Below, piece by piece: positions 25,265-39,059 of a DNA stretch of 64,000 nucleotides; within the stretch, counting starts at the first letter, position 1; the number at the start of each line of letters is the position of its first letter. Made by a program: the position numbers and the translations under genes. Under the pieces are notes generated by a model. The model was not told the DNA's origin. It saw only the letters and a program-made list of their open reading frames with translations, and did not search any database. Origin of the DNA: Octopus bimaculoides (taxonomy: Eukaryota); NCBI RefSeq assembly GCF_001194135.2, contig NC_068990.1:32433681-32497680 (forward strand), in the 5' to 3' direction.

Positions 25265-26310
25265 TATTCTTATTGTGTGCATGTGTTATGGATGCATGTG
25301 TGTGTGCATGCATGTATGTGTCTGCATCATGTATGCATCATGAGTGAATGCATGTCAGTTTGTGTATGTTTGAGTTGTGAATGCATGTATGCATGGTATG
25401 TGTGTGTATGTGCATGTGTCTGTATGTGTGTGCCTATTTGTTGTGTATATGCCTGTCTGTGTGTGAATGCATGAGTATATGTGTATATATATATGGGTGT
25501 ATGTATGCATGTGAGTCCATGTAAATGTGCTATGGATGCATGTATGTGTGTATGTGTGCATGTGTGTGAGTGAATGTGTGTGCGTGTGCGCATGTGTGTG
25601 TGCATCATGTATGCATCATGAGTGAATGTCTGTCAGTTTACATATGCGTGAATTGTGAATGTATGTGTGTATGTGTGTCTGTATGTGTGTACCTGTGTGT
25701 ATATGTATTGCGTATATGTCTGTCTGTGTGTGAATGCATGTGTATTTGTGTATATATGTATGCATGTGAGTGTTTGTAAACAGCAGTGTATGTATGTGTG
25801 TATGTGTGTGTGTGTATGGTTCACATATACACTAAGATGGAATGTGTGTCCATTTATCTGTGTGTCTGTGTTGTGTATCTATCTGTGTGTGAGTGCATGT
25901 ATGCATGTGTACATGTGTATGTATATGGGTGTATGTATGCATGCGAGCTCAAGTAAACAGCTGTGTGTGTATGTTTGTGTCATGTACGCATGTGTGTGTG
26001 TGTGTGTGTGTCTATCTGTGTATGTGAGGGTTGTGTATGTGTATGCCTGTCTGCATGTATAGATGTCTATGTATGTGTGTGTCTGTTTATGTGTCTATGT
26101 GTTGCATATGTCTGTGTGTGTATCTTTGTTTATGTGTGTGTAAATGTGTGTGTGTGAGTGTATATAAATGATGTATGTGTATATGAGTGTATGCATATGT
26201 GTATGTGTATACAAGTGTGTTTGTGCATTTTGTGCTTGTGTGTTTGTTTGTTGCTGCTTATGCATGTATGTGTGAGGCTGTCTGTGTATGTGCATGTGTA
26301 CATGTGAGGA

Positions 26311-26342
<32 letters not shown>

Positions 26343-26520
26343 ATATTTACAAATGTGTGTATGTAAATATGTGCATGCGTGAGCATCTATTTTTGTGTAG
26401 GCGTGCATGTATGTATACATGTTTGTACAAATGTATATGTGTGAACATATATGTGCATGCATGCATGCATGCATGTGTGTGTGTGTGTGTGTGTGCGTGT
26501 GTACATGTATGTTTCTGTGT
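25265..26520. repeat. Complex TG/TATG satellite with ~278-bp internal duplication
   Basis: GCATCATGTATGCATCATGAGTGAATG at 25324 and 25602. Confidence 0.9.
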
Positions 26521-26719
26521 GCTACCTAGAAATTGGATACAGTAGAATAGGACCCAAAAAAGACCCCCACCAAACAGAATATTTTTTGTATAGGTCAATG
26601 CACGAGTTACTAGGTGTTAAGTCATTCCCAACTGTGAGGGGTTGACATGGCATAATATTTTCGTTAGAGCTAGTTTCAATTTGGGGGTTATGGTGTTCAT
26701 TATAAAGATTATATTGTAA

Positions 26720-26770
<51 letters not shown>

Positions 26771-26773
<3 letters not shown>

Positions 26774-27750
26774 TGTCTCACAGAAATATTTACACCCCTA
26801 AAAGAAATTTCAATAAAATTGTCATTAATCTGATCATATCAAAGGAAATCAAATGAAATTTATACTGGATAAGATATATTATTCATGCAAACATTATACA
26901 AATTTGGAACACAAAACAAATATTTTCAAAGATATGAACGAAATATTAATTTTCAAATGATACAAAAATATGTACTATCCGAAAGGATTATTTGCTATAT
27001 TCAATATTTGGTGTGACTGCCCTTGCTTTCAATGACTGCATTAAGTCTTCTGGGCAGAGAGTCAACTAAGTTTCCACATATAACCAATAAAATCGACCTC
27101 CATTCATCCTGAATGATGTCTTTCAGCTGTGTTACATTGCGGGGTTTTTTCTCCTCAATCTTCCTTTTCAAAATACTCTACAGATGTTCTATTGGGTTTA
27201 AGTCAGGTGATAGGGTAGGCCAAGACAATACCTTTACCTTTTTATCTGATGAAAACTTAGTCGTCATCTTTTAGGGTCATTATCATGTTGGAACATGCAA
27301 TGTCTTCCTAGGTCCTTGATGCTTTTCAATATTGTTTTCTGCAATATGTCACAATAAAGCCTTGAGTCCATTGTTCTGTCAATATATGGTGAATCCTCTC
27401 ACACCAGCTGCACTCATGCATCCCCAAAGCATAAAACTTCTTCCACCATGTTTCACAATAGGCATGGTGCATTTGTTACTATTATCTTCACCTGGTCATC
27501 GCCATACTTATTTAATACCATCTGACCCAAACAAGTTGATTTTAGTCTTGTCAGAAAAAAGAATTTTATTCCAAAACTCCTTCCCCTTAGTCACATAGGT
27601 TTTGGCAAAAGAAAGATGACTTGATTTATGCCTGGTAATGAGGAGGCTTCTTACGAGGAATGCATCCATGAAGACCACACTGGTTCAAACTTTGGTGAAC
27701 TGTTTGGGTGGATACACTCTTTCCACTAACAGAAGGCACTTCATGGACCA
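26771..27750 (-). mobile_element. Tc1-family (DD34E) transposon, 3' part, decayed
   Basis: TA|CAGTGTCTCAC TIR; minus-strand RKKP, WNKILFSD, VKHGG..MLWGC, FQHDNDPK, SPDLNPIEHL, PRRLNAVIESKGSHTKY*. Confidence 0.9.
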
Positions 27751-28328
27751 ATGAAGTTAGTATGCTTTGCTGGATGTGTAATGTTAGTGTGCATGAGCCA
27801 CAGAGTGTAAGAATCTTGAGAGAAAAACTGGGCATAAGAGGCGTGCAAGAAGATGTGGTGTGCAAGAGAGACGAATGTACTGGTTTGGAAATGTGATGCA
27901 TATCGACAAGAACAGCTGTGTAAGGAAGTGCTGATCTCTAACTGTGAAAGGAACCTGTGGAAGAGGTAAACCCAGAAAGACATGGGATGAGGTGGCGAAA
28001 CATGATCTTCGAATGTTAGGCCACATGGAGGCAATGACTAGTGACAGAAACCTTTGGTGATATACTGTGCTTGAGAAGACTCCTCAAATCAAGTGAAATT
28101 GTAGTTGTGGCCATTGTTAGTGTCATGTAAATGGCACCCATGCTGGTGGCACGTAAAGAGCACCCATTACATACTTGGAGCAGTTGGCGTTAGGAAGGGC
28201 ATCCAGCTGTAGAAACCAAGCCAAAATCAGACAGGGACCTGGTGCAGCTCTCTGGTTTACCAGTTCCAATGAAATTGTCTAACCCATACCAGCATGAAAA
28301 GCAGACGTTAAGTGATGATGATGATGAT
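27751..28328 (+). mobile_element. 5'-truncated RTE LINE
   Basis: NEVSML.WMCNVSV..LREKLGIR, WFG.VM, GRGKPRKTWDEV.KHDLR, then UTR and (GAT)n. Confidence 0.9.
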
Positions 28329-28350
28329 ATATACACACACATACATGCAT

Positions 28351-28404
<54 letters not shown>

Positions 28405-29874
28405 CAAGGTCATTACTTTTCTCATTTATAAAGATTAGCCAATATCATTCATACTCAGTCACTTTCTCGACTTACATCAACTCAAAAACTCTTCTTAAAT
28501 TCACATTACATTTCCAAATGAATGTACTTCGTAGATTTAACACTGAAACATGTGACTGCATCTGACATGGACTAAACTCTACATATAAACTTACACACTG
28601 TGTATTACATGTACAAAGTACCACATTTAAACATGCAGGATTGTTATTGAAAAATATAAAACCTTAGAGTTAAACCTGTTATTTTTCTCCTTCATGGATT
28701 TCAATGAAGAAAACAAAATCTAGGCTTATTTAAGTTTCATAACTTTTTTTATATTTTCAATTTCTTTATGTCATTCTTGCTAAGTTACAGATTTGTTTTC
28801 AAAGATTTTTTTTTTTAATATAACCAAATGGAATTGTTTGAAGTAAGTTTTGGTAAATAATTCTGATGAAGAAACATTGAATTAGTGAGAAGAAAGCAAT
28901 GAAATAGTTAGATTTAGATTATTGAATGCTTGAACAGATCGACATTCTGCTGTCAGGAATGATTATGGAACTAACAAGAAAGGGAATGGTTATGAAACTA
29001 ATAAGAAAAACTAAGAATAAAATGACAACAAAGAGAAATACTAACAACAAACAATAGCCACAGCAATAGTACCAAGAATATTGAAAACCAAAATATAAAA
29101 TAGAAATATTAAAATGTATCTTTTCAATGTTTTTCTGATATGTATACATGCATACATATCTATACATGCATACAAACCTACCTACCTACTTACCTACACA
29201 CACACACAACNNNNNNNNNNNNNNNNNNNNNNNNNNNNNNNNNNNNNNNNNNNNNNNNNNNNNNNNNNNNNNNNNNNNNNNNNNNNNNNNNNNNNNNNNN
29301 NNNNNNNNNNNNNNNNNNNNNNNNNNNNNNNNNNNNNNNNNNNNNNNNNNNNNNNNNNNNNNNNNNNNNNNNNNNNNNNNNNNNNNNNNNNNNNNNNNNN
29401 NNNNNNNNNNNNNNNNNNNNNNNNNNNNNNNNNNNNNNNNNNNNNNNNNNNNNNNNNNNNNNNNNNNNNNNNNNNNNNNNNNNNNNNNNNNNNNNNNNNN
29501 NNNNNNNNNNNNNNNNNNNNNNNNNNNNNNNNNNNNNNNNNNNNNNNNNNNNNNNNNNNNNNNNNNNNNNNNNNNNNNNNNNNNNNNNNNNNNNNNNNNN
29601 NNNNNNNNNNNNNNNNNNNNNNNNNNNNNNNNNNNNNNNNNNNNNNNNNNNNNNNNNNNNNNNNNNNNNNNNNNNNNNNNNNNNNNNNNNNNNNNNNNNN
29701 NNNNNNNNNNNNNNNNNNNNNNNNNNNNNNNNNNNNNNNNNNNNNNNNNNNNNNNNNNNNNNNNNNNNNNNNNNNNNNNNNNNNNNNNNNNNNNNNNNNN
29801 NNNNNNNNNNNNNNNNNNNNNNNTAATCTCTAAGTATATATATATATATATATATAGATATTTATATATATATA

Positions 29875-30286
29875 TACTCTTTTACTCTTTTACTTGTTTC
29901 AGTCATTTTGACTGCGGCCATGCTGGAGCACCGCCTTTAGTCGAGCAAGTCGACCCAGGACTTATTCTTTGGAAGCCTAGTACTTATTCTATCGATCTCT
30001 TTTGCCGAACCGCTAAGTTACGGGGACGTAAACACACCAGCATCGGTTGTCAAGCGATGTTGGGGAGACAAACACAGACACACAAACACATACACACACA
30101 TACATACACATATATATACATATATACGACGGGCTTATTTCAGTTTCTGCCTAACAAATCCACTCACAAGGCTTTGGTCGGCCCGAGGCTATAGTAGAAG
30201 ACACTTGCCCAGGGTGCCACGCAGTGGGACTGAACCCAGAACCATGTGGTTGGTAAGCAAGCTACTTACCATGCAACCACTCCTGC
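29875..30286 (-). mobile_element. Young near-complete SINE family A
   Basis: CpG-rich, full head-to-tail reverse complement copy. Confidence 0.9.
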
Positions 30287-30307
30287 ACCTATATATATAT
30301 ATATATC

Positions 30308-30341
<34 letters not shown>

Positions 30342-30402
30342 CACACACACACTATCATATATATCTATCTCCACTGTTTACATTTTAGAAAGCAGAATAT
30401 GT

Positions 30403-30434
<32 letters not shown>

Positions 30435-30634
30435 ACACAAATACACACACTCACCCATATGTATATCTATTTTATCTTTTATATCTTTGATCTTTTACTT
30501 GTTCCAGTCATTGGACTGCAGCCATGCTGGGCATTTCCTTGAAAAAAATATGTATGCGTGTATGTGTGTATGTGTGTATATCTGTCTGTCTATCTATCTA
30601 TTTATCTACCTGTCTGTCTGTCTGTCTGTCTGTC

Positions 30635-30681
<47 letters not shown>

Positions 30682-30689
30682 TGATTAGG

Positions 30690-31122
30690 TAAAGTTAGTT
30701 ATGGGGTTACCCTGAGTTTCATAGCCATAAAGTGATTAGCTTTACAACTTCAGATCTTAATGGCTAGTTGCCTATAACCTCTCTTCAAAGTGGAGAAGGA
30801 AAAGACCTCATGGTTAATTGTTGAACACATGGACAAAGGAGAAGGGATTGTTTCCCTTAGACCACTATCTGTAATCGACCTGGTCAGCTTGTGGGTTCCA
30901 GGACTTCAACAGGAATTTCCTGAAGTGTTAGTAGGGTCTGAAAACTTCTGTCCTGGAATTTAAGATGTTCCTCAGGTTGAGGGAGTTCTTTAATATTCTC
31001 ATCCGTTCAGCTATGCACTGCTTGCAATGCTTGCTCCCGTTGATGTAGGGGCCAGGTTTTTCTAGGATCTGTCTATGAACATGTGGCACAAAACTGATTT
31101 GATGTTTTAAGGAAGGTAACAC
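30690..31122 (-). mobile_element. Penelope-like element, GIY-YIG C-terminal remnant plus 3' region
   Basis: ILEKPGPYINGSKHCKQCIAERMRILKNSLNLRNILNSRTEVFRPY*HFRKFLL resembles the PLE C..C..E / LN.R.E / H..KFLL motif. Confidence 0.7.
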
Positions 31123-31124
31123 CA

Positions 31125-32030
31125 GCCTTCAAGACAAATGAAGATAAAGGAGGTCTTCTGTTGTGGAAGATGAGGCCTTGTTTGAAATTGAACAACAGCC
31201 AAGCACGGCACTTGTACATTGTTGGCAAAACTTTGTCCTTCACAAAGCACCATCAATCAACACTGCCATAAGTTTGGCCTTGTGAACAGATGCTGTTGAG
31301 AAGCTCTTTATGAACTGATCAATGACCAAGCTCAATGACATGTGAATGTTTGCAAACAACAGCTGGCAAATCCTTGAGATGTCTGTTTTTGGCATCAAAT
31401 TGTAATTGGGGATGAAAAATGGATCTATTTGCATAATCCTAATAAGAGAAATCAGTAGCTTTATTCCAGCCAGGCTTCAGAACATGTTGTCAAACATGGG
31501 TGGTTTGAACAGAATGTTGTGTTGTGTGTTTAGTGGAATTTTGAGGAGTGTTATACTTTGAGCTTGTCCCAGATGGTCGTGTTGTGAATGCTAACCTTTA
31601 TACTCAACAACTACAGTGACATTGGTCAATAAAAGACATGTAGTCCTACAGCATAACAATGCCCCAGCACACACTGCCAATGTGACCAAGTGCAAACTTG
31701 AGGAACTTGTGAGGTTGGAAGTGCTGTCTCACCTTGCCTACACGTCAGATCTTGCACCATCAGATTACCACCTTTTCTGAGCCATGTCTCATTTTATGCA
31801 CAGATGGAGGTTCAACAATGTGGATGAGGTTGAAAACGGGTGCAGGGAGTTTCTCTCTCTAAACCAGCTGAATGTTATAAGTGTGGAACTGAGCTTCTGG
31901 CACAATGATAGCAACAGACATTAGAATATACTGGGATATATTTTGATGAATAAATGTTTTCCATATGTAATTTGTTTGAACTACTAGTTAAAGCTTAAAA
32001 TGCAAGAAACTTTTGTCTCAACCTTTCATA
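31125..32030 (+). mobile_element. Decayed mariner (DD34D) transposon with right TIR
   Basis: IVIGDEKWI, LQHNNAPAH, YTSDLAPSDYHLF; ends ...AAACTTTTGTCTCAACC. Confidence 0.9.
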
Positions 32031-32569
32031 TAATAATGTAGTTGAGTAGAATATCATTGGTTATGGCAACAAACTGGTCAGAAAGTTACCATTGGTTTCA
32101 CATCTACTGTTGCACTTGGCATTAAATATAATCCATCAAACCTGCTGGCCAGAAGCACATAGCCTCATTATTAATGGAGGCAAATATAGAGTCTTGGTCA
32201 GTTTGGTGGTGAAAAAGGGTGAAATGAAAAAAGCTGTTCTGAGCAAAATTACATTGGCATGTTAGGCTTCACAGTAAACCTTGCTAAAACTGTTATTCGT
32301 TATTTATTAGCTCTATCCTCGAAAACCTCATGTTTAATTAATCACAAACCATCAAAAGCACAAATAGAGGAATTAAGTTATCCACTACAATAACAGCTTA
32401 ATTTCTGAATACTTTTACTTTTAGCAGTTGAATGTTCTGTGTTATTCATTGTAAAAATAAATCTTTACATTGCAGAGTAGTGCTAAATGATAGTCACCAT
32501 CATACATGCAGGTTATTAATTTCAAATGCTCCATGGAAACAAGCCTCGGCATGGAAAAATATTGATTTC

Positions 32570-32780
32570 AAATTTTGGCACAAGGCCAGCAATTTCAGGA
32601 GAGTGGGAATGTTGATTGTACCAACCTCAGAGTGTAACTGATACTTATTTTATCAACCTCAAAAAGATGACAGATAAAGTAGACCTTGGCCAAATTTGAA
32701 TTCAGAAAGTAAAGACAGATTAAATGCTGCTAAGCATTTTGCCTGCTATGCTAACCATTTTACCATCTTGCCACCTTGAC
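32570..32780 (-). mobile_element. SINE family B, decayed
   Basis: Reverse complement similarity to the family B core. Confidence 0.7.
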
Positions 32781-33050
32781 ATGGAGAAAGATTACCTTGT
32801 TTGGAAACATGTTAGAGTTGGTAGGAAGAAGGATATCAGGCTGTGGAAAATCTGCCTCAAGGTGTGTGTTCAAATGATGATATCAATAGATGTGTGTGTG
32901 TGAGGGTGTGTGTGTGTATTTGCATGTGTATATATATACATATATGTATATACACAAAGACTTATATTTATATATGTTTAAATATACATGCATACATGTG
33001 TATATATCTTTAATGTCTTTAAAGTGTTTCAGCTCTAGAGCAGCAATCAT

Positions 33051-33109
<59 letters not shown>

Positions 33110-34146
33110 NNNNNNNNNNNNNNNNNNNNNNNNNNNNNNNNNNNNNNNNNNNNNNNNNNNNNNNNNNNNNNNNNNNNNNNNNNNNNNNNNNNNNNNNNNN
33201 NNNNNNNNNNNNNNNNNNNNNNNNNNNNNNNNNNNNNNNNNNNNNNNNNNNNNNNNNNNNNNNNNNNNNNNNNNNNNNNNNNNNNNNNNNNNNNNNNNNN
33301 NNNNNNNNNNNNNNNNNNNNNNNNNNNNNNNNNNNNNNNNNNNNNNNNNNNNNNNNNNNNNNNNNNNNNNNNNNNNNNNNNNNNNNNNNNNNNNNNNNNN
33401 NNNNNNNNNNNNNNNNNNNNNNNNNNNNNNNNNNNNNNNNNNNNNNNNNNNNNNNNNNNNNNNNNNNNNNNNNNNNNNNNNNNNNNNNNNNNNNNNNNNN
33501 NNNNNNNNNNNNNNNNNNNNNNNNNNNNNNNNNNNNNNNNNNNNNNNNNNNNNNNNNNNNNNNNNNNNNNNNNNNNNNNNNNNNNNNNNNNNNNNNNNNN
33601 NNNNNNNNNNNNNNNNNNNNNNNNNNNNNNNNNNNNNNNNNNNNNNNNNNNNNNNNNNNNNNNNNNNNNNNNNNNNNNNNNNNNNNNNNNNNNNNNNNNN
33701 NNNNNNNNNNNNNNNNNNNNNNNNNNNNNNNNNNNNNNNNNNNNNNNNNNNNNNNNNNNNNNNNNNNNNNNNNNNNNNNNNNNNNNNNNNNNNNNNNNNN
33801 NNNNNNNNNNNNNNNNNNNNNNNNNNNNNNNNNNNNNNNNNNNNNNNNNNNNNNNNNNNNNNNNNNNNNNNNNNNNNNNNNNNNNNNNNNNNNNNNNNNN
33901 NNNNNNNNNNNNNNNNNNNNNNNNNNNNNNNNNNNNNNNNNNNNNNNNNNNNNNNNNNNNNNNNNNNNNNNNNNNNNNNNNNNNNNNNNNNNNNNNNNNN
34001 NNNNNNNNNNNNNNNNNNNNNNNNNNNNNNNNNNNNNNNNNNNNNNNNNNNNNNNNNNNNNNNNNNNNNNNNNNNNNNNNNNNNNATATATATATATATA
34101 TATATATACATATATATAATATAGAGAGATGGATAGATAAATAGAC

Positions 34147-34181
<35 letters not shown>

Positions 34182-34982
34182 GACAGAGAGAGAAAGAGAG
34201 AGAGAGATAAACAGACATACAGAGAGGTTTATGAATGACTCTAGCACACTATTTCAGTTTCTTTCATTAATTCTGAATGTTCTTTTTTTCTTTTTTCCCC
34301 TCTCTTTTATTTTTATGCTGTCTTTAGATTCTGGCAACATCTGATTAAATGAAGAAGATGCAAGAAATATAATGGACACCAGCGAAAAAAACAAAGAAAC
34401 AAAAGCAAAACAAAAACAAAACAAAACAAAAAAAACAAGACAAGGACCGACTGATGGATGTATGGTAATAATATATAGTTGTTATACTTAGAATGGTAGT
34501 GGTAGGGCTGGTCTGGTTCATAATAGTCATATAACTTCACTTTTCCACTTTTGATTGGAACAGATAAAACAGTGTTTCCTCACTCATCGACACTGCTCTC
34601 CGTTGCTGTTTATTGCTTAGTGTTTTATCTCACTTTCATAGTTGCTAATATAGTTATTCTATTTATGGTTCTTGTAGTTATTATGGCAGTAGTCACTTAA
34701 GGAGACCCTTGTTGCTATGTTACTCAGATGTTTCTAGAAATTTTGGCTTTGGACTATTTAGATAATGCACTTTACTACACCAATGCAAAACCATATAATA
34801 CATTACATACATTCACATAATTATATACTTACGCATATATGTATGTATGTACGTATGTATGTATGTACGTATGTATGCCTGCGTGTGTATGTATGTATGC
34901 ATGTATGTATGTGTATGTATGCATGTATGTATGCATGTGTGTATGAATGTATGCATGTATATACGTATATATACATATATAC

Positions 34983-35017
<35 letters not shown>

Positions 35018-35212
35018 NNNNNNNNNNNNNNNNNNNNNNNNNNNNNNNNNNNNNNNNNNNNNNNNNNNNNNNNNNNNNNNNNNNNNNNNNNNNNNNNNNN
35101 NNNNNNNNNNNNNNNNNNNNNNNNNNNNNNNNNNNNNNNNNNNNNNNNNNNNNNNNNNNNNNNNNNNNNNNNNNNNNNNNNNNNNNNNNNNNNNNNNNNN
35201 NNNNNNNNNNNN

Positions 35213-35272
<60 letters not shown>

Positions 35273-35509
35273 GCGCGCGCACACGTGCAAACACACACAC
35301 ACACATTCAGACCCTGAAGTTTTACAATGTAACTACTTATAGTGAGTTCATCTAATTTACTGACCCCTTGGTGAGAATTTCACGCTAATGGTACTGTAGG
35401 ATTAGAAGCTATTAATAAATAAATAATACACTTTGCTGAAAGCGTAGCACGCTCTAATATTTTATAAAAGACCCACTCATATCTCTATATTGTGGCATAT
35501 ATATATATA

Positions 35510-35945
35510 CAGAGCTGGGTGTAAATCCATTAATCCGTTAGTCATTAATTAATGAAGTTAACATTTTCCTTAATGATGTAACTTTGAAAATCATTATCAG
35601 ACTAATTAACTTCTGTTACATTTAGCTTCCGTTACCTCAAGTTCGTTAATCCCAAAATATCATAAAAACTGGAAAACGTTGAAAAGTTTCTATTATTTTC
35701 AGATTATCTTAGCATATTTAATTTTATATGTGTCATTCTTTCAACCCTGATATAATGCCGCTTATTATTATAAATAACTTGTAGGACCTTCTTTGGCCCT
35801 GCCTGGATTTGAAACCAAATTCTGCCAGTTGTTGCTTGCAAGGAAAGCAGGGAATTTCTTTGTCTTGTCAAGAGGGAACAGTGTGTTTCCATATGATCTC
35901 TGACCTCTCTGTGTTGTGGAGATTTCAAATGGACAGCAAGTGTCC
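35510..35945 (-). mobile_element. Probable hAT 3' terminus with dimerisation-domain remnant
   Basis: CAGAGCTGGG end with TTAA-rich subterminal repeats; SLLTRQRNSL motif. Confidence 0.45.
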
Positions 35946-36650
35946 TACATTAGTATAAGCTATGCTTATAATGGTATATCCATCTTTATAAATACCAGCA
36001 CTCTGTAAGTGAAAAATCAGAGTGAATCTTGACTGCCACACAATGAAGAAACTTTATAGCAGAAGACACTTGCCCAAGGTGCCACACAGTGGGACTGAAC
36101 TCGGAACCATGTGGCTGGTAAGCAAGCTACTTACCACACAGCCACTCCTGCGCCTATACTCCAAACAATTTTTCTTTTTCTTTTTTTTTTTTAAGCAATG
36201 ATTCCTATACAAAATAAACAAAACCATTAAGAAACTTTGGTTTTCATAATGTAAATATTTCAACAAGTTAATTCAATACATGGTGAATAAGATATGAGTT
36301 ATAGGGAAATTGAAGTCAGTAGCACTAAATACAAAATAGAATGGAAATCTGGTTTTTAAAAAAGCAAAAATATACAAGAATCTGTGGCAGGAAAAAAGAT
36401 GTTCAATAGAGATACATGAACATTGAGTTATATTTTAGTACGGGTACTGGTGACTATACAAAAAATGTTATAATGCTGTAAAAATATATCGTTACACTGT
36501 GTGTGTGTTATACATATAATATACATGTGTATGTATATGTGTGTTTATCATATATATNNNNNNNNNNNNNNNNNNNNNNNNNNNNNNNNNNNNNNNNNNN
36601 NNNNNNNNNNNNNNNNNNNNNNNNNNNNNNNNNNNNNNNNNNNNNNNNNN

Positions 36651-36690
<40 letters not shown>

Positions 36691-37220
36691 CATGCATATG
36701 TATTGTATGTACACACACACACACTATATGCATATATAGCAAAATAACATTGTAATACAGTAGGTACATATAATATACAGATTATGTATTTCATTTTATT
36801 TCATTTTATCTAGTTTCAGCTCATGAGCTGCGGTCATGCTGGGGCACCGTGGAGAAACATTTGAAGTTGTGACCATTTACAGACTTTTTTGTGAACTTGG
36901 GGTGAATTACTTTATTTTTGACTATATTATGGAAAAGAAATGATTATGCACTGAATATATATTGTTTCTTGCTATTTCTTAAAAGTATATTTTTTCTTTG
37001 TAATTCTTGACAACAATACTTTTTTCATGTTAAACAATATTAAAGAATAAGAAATTATCTTTATAGTGTTGTTTCTTTCTCTTTTTCTTTCTTTTTTCTT
37101 TCTTTTTTTTTTACCTAAATTGTTGCTACTATTGGCTGATTTCACTTTCAGTTGAAACCATTACACTCTGATCTATGCAAGCAGCCAACCTGCTAGAGAC
37201 AGTAGTCAAATCTTCCTTAA

Positions 37221-37426
37221 CCCTTTAGGTTAATCTGTCACATGCAATACTCATTTATCCACATGGTTTTAAATTCATCATGCATTATCTCATAGCTTTG
37301 AAGTTTCAATGATTGTTTATTTTCAAAATAGCATTATAGGATAGGTGTGAGAAGCAGGATCTGGCCAATTTGAACACAAAACGTAGAATATTTGTGCTGA
37401 ATACGGCAGGTTTAAGTTTTACAAAG
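37221..37426 (+). mobile_element. piggyBac-type MITE family 2
   Basis: TTAA at both ends; CCCTTTAG start. Confidence 0.65.
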
Positions 37427-37487
37427 TTAAATCAAATCCTATCATCTGTAGAAAAAGGAAGCCATATTGACAGTCATAGTTCTAGAT

Positions 37488-37734
37488 CAATGGTTCTCAA
37501 CTGGAGTCCATACGACCCTTGTGGGTCCATATCAGATTTTGTGGTTAAAATTTATGTGCAATACACTTCTACAATACACAAAATAATTTAACAATTTTTT
37601 TAATACAATTCCTAATGATATTTAATGTTATACAACTACAAAAACAGGATTTTTAAAACATCAAATAGCCTAGGGGGTCCACTCAAGTAAAATAGCAATC
37701 AAAGGGGTCCATATGTAAAATAGATGAGAAACAC
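37488..37734. mobile_element. hAT-Charlie MITE
   Basis: Identical 8-bp flanks TTCTAGAT at 37480-37487 and 37735-37742 (Charlie NTCTAGAN target); CAATGGTTCTCAAC start. Confidence 0.75.
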
Positions 37735-38346
37735 TTCTAGATAAACAAAAAGATAGGATACTCCTATCTGCTTCATCTTAGATTGGCTTTATCAGACATA
37801 ACCAACAAGTAAAGAATAACAACATCTAATGAAATAATCTCCACTTTTCATATTTTGTGTTAGACATTTTACAGCATACATTCAACTTAAAATGATGTGT
37901 CTGTAGTAAGGTAAGCCACTGAAATCATCCTGGCAGATAACCTCATAGATCTGGTTAGTTGTAGACATATCATACAAATGTAGAAAAGCAATAAAAGTAG
38001 CTATTATCTCCCTCATATCCTGTGTATTCTTTATTACCAGTTGATATCTCATGATTCCATTAAGCTTTCAGACTAAAGGTGATGTTTTGTCATAATTTTA
38101 ATGTCCACACTGAAGAGGACACATGCACATATATAACCTCCTCCTCCTCCTCTTTACAATCATAAAGCAATCATTAATATACGTCAATTCATAAATATAT
38201 ATACAAAATCATCACACATTTTGGTGTATATGTTTTAAAAAAAGTAGCAAAAAACATACAATAAAAAACAAACCAAAACTTCAAAATCACTGTCAACATT
38301 TCCCTGGTAAAAATTTATTAATAAGTACTCTATATGCATATATGTG

Positions 38347-38379
<33 letters not shown>

Positions 38380-38384
<5 letters not shown>

Positions 38385-38520
38385 AGAATTCACAAAAAAA
38401 CAACAGACGAAGACAGGTGTAGAAAACAAATAGATGTATTAGTATAACACTCAGGAATTGAAAAAGTCTTTAACATTTCGAGCCTACGTTCTTCCACAGA
38501 AAGGAACACAGAAAGAAACT
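38380..38520 (-). mobile_element. Probable Penelope-like terminal fragment with degenerate hammerhead-like motif
   Basis: CTTT-CTGTGGA-AGAACgtagGCTC-GAAATGTT-AAAG on the minus strand, next to (TA)n. Confidence 0.45.
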
Positions 38521-39059
38521 ACAAAGCTAAACTCTTTATGGATGGGTACCAACAAGTTTTTAGAATCTGACAATACGCCATAAAGCTAAACCCTTTATGG
38601 ATGAGAAACCTAAGGTAATCCCATAAACTGACCTTCTCCATTTTTAATATATAACTGCTCTACATCTTAGAATGTGCATCTTCTTTCGGATTTATGTTTT
38701 CTACAAACAATATACATATATAATAGTAACAAGGGCTACTTCAATAAGTATACACACGTGCCGACAATAAGGGGAATGAAAACTAGGAGAAATTCCTTCA
38801 ATAAAAAAGAAATTTAATCATATACCATTAATGATTTCATGGTCACCATGCATTACCATGTTCTCCACTCATCAGTACGAACATCACCAGGAAAAATAAA
38901 TATATAGACATCTGTACATACCAAATGAACACAATGCATCCAGCAGAGCATATACAAATGTTTACACTTATAAATCCAGTTAAAGGGGTCTCTGCTTAGT
39001 TCATCCTCATTATGTGTGTATAATCGAAATAGTTCAGCACTGAATATATTCCAGTTCAA

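Noticed and set aside
35430-35460. AGCGT-agc-ACGCT hairpin as a Helitron 3' end
   Set aside because: No properly spaced CTRR terminus and no linked Helitron body
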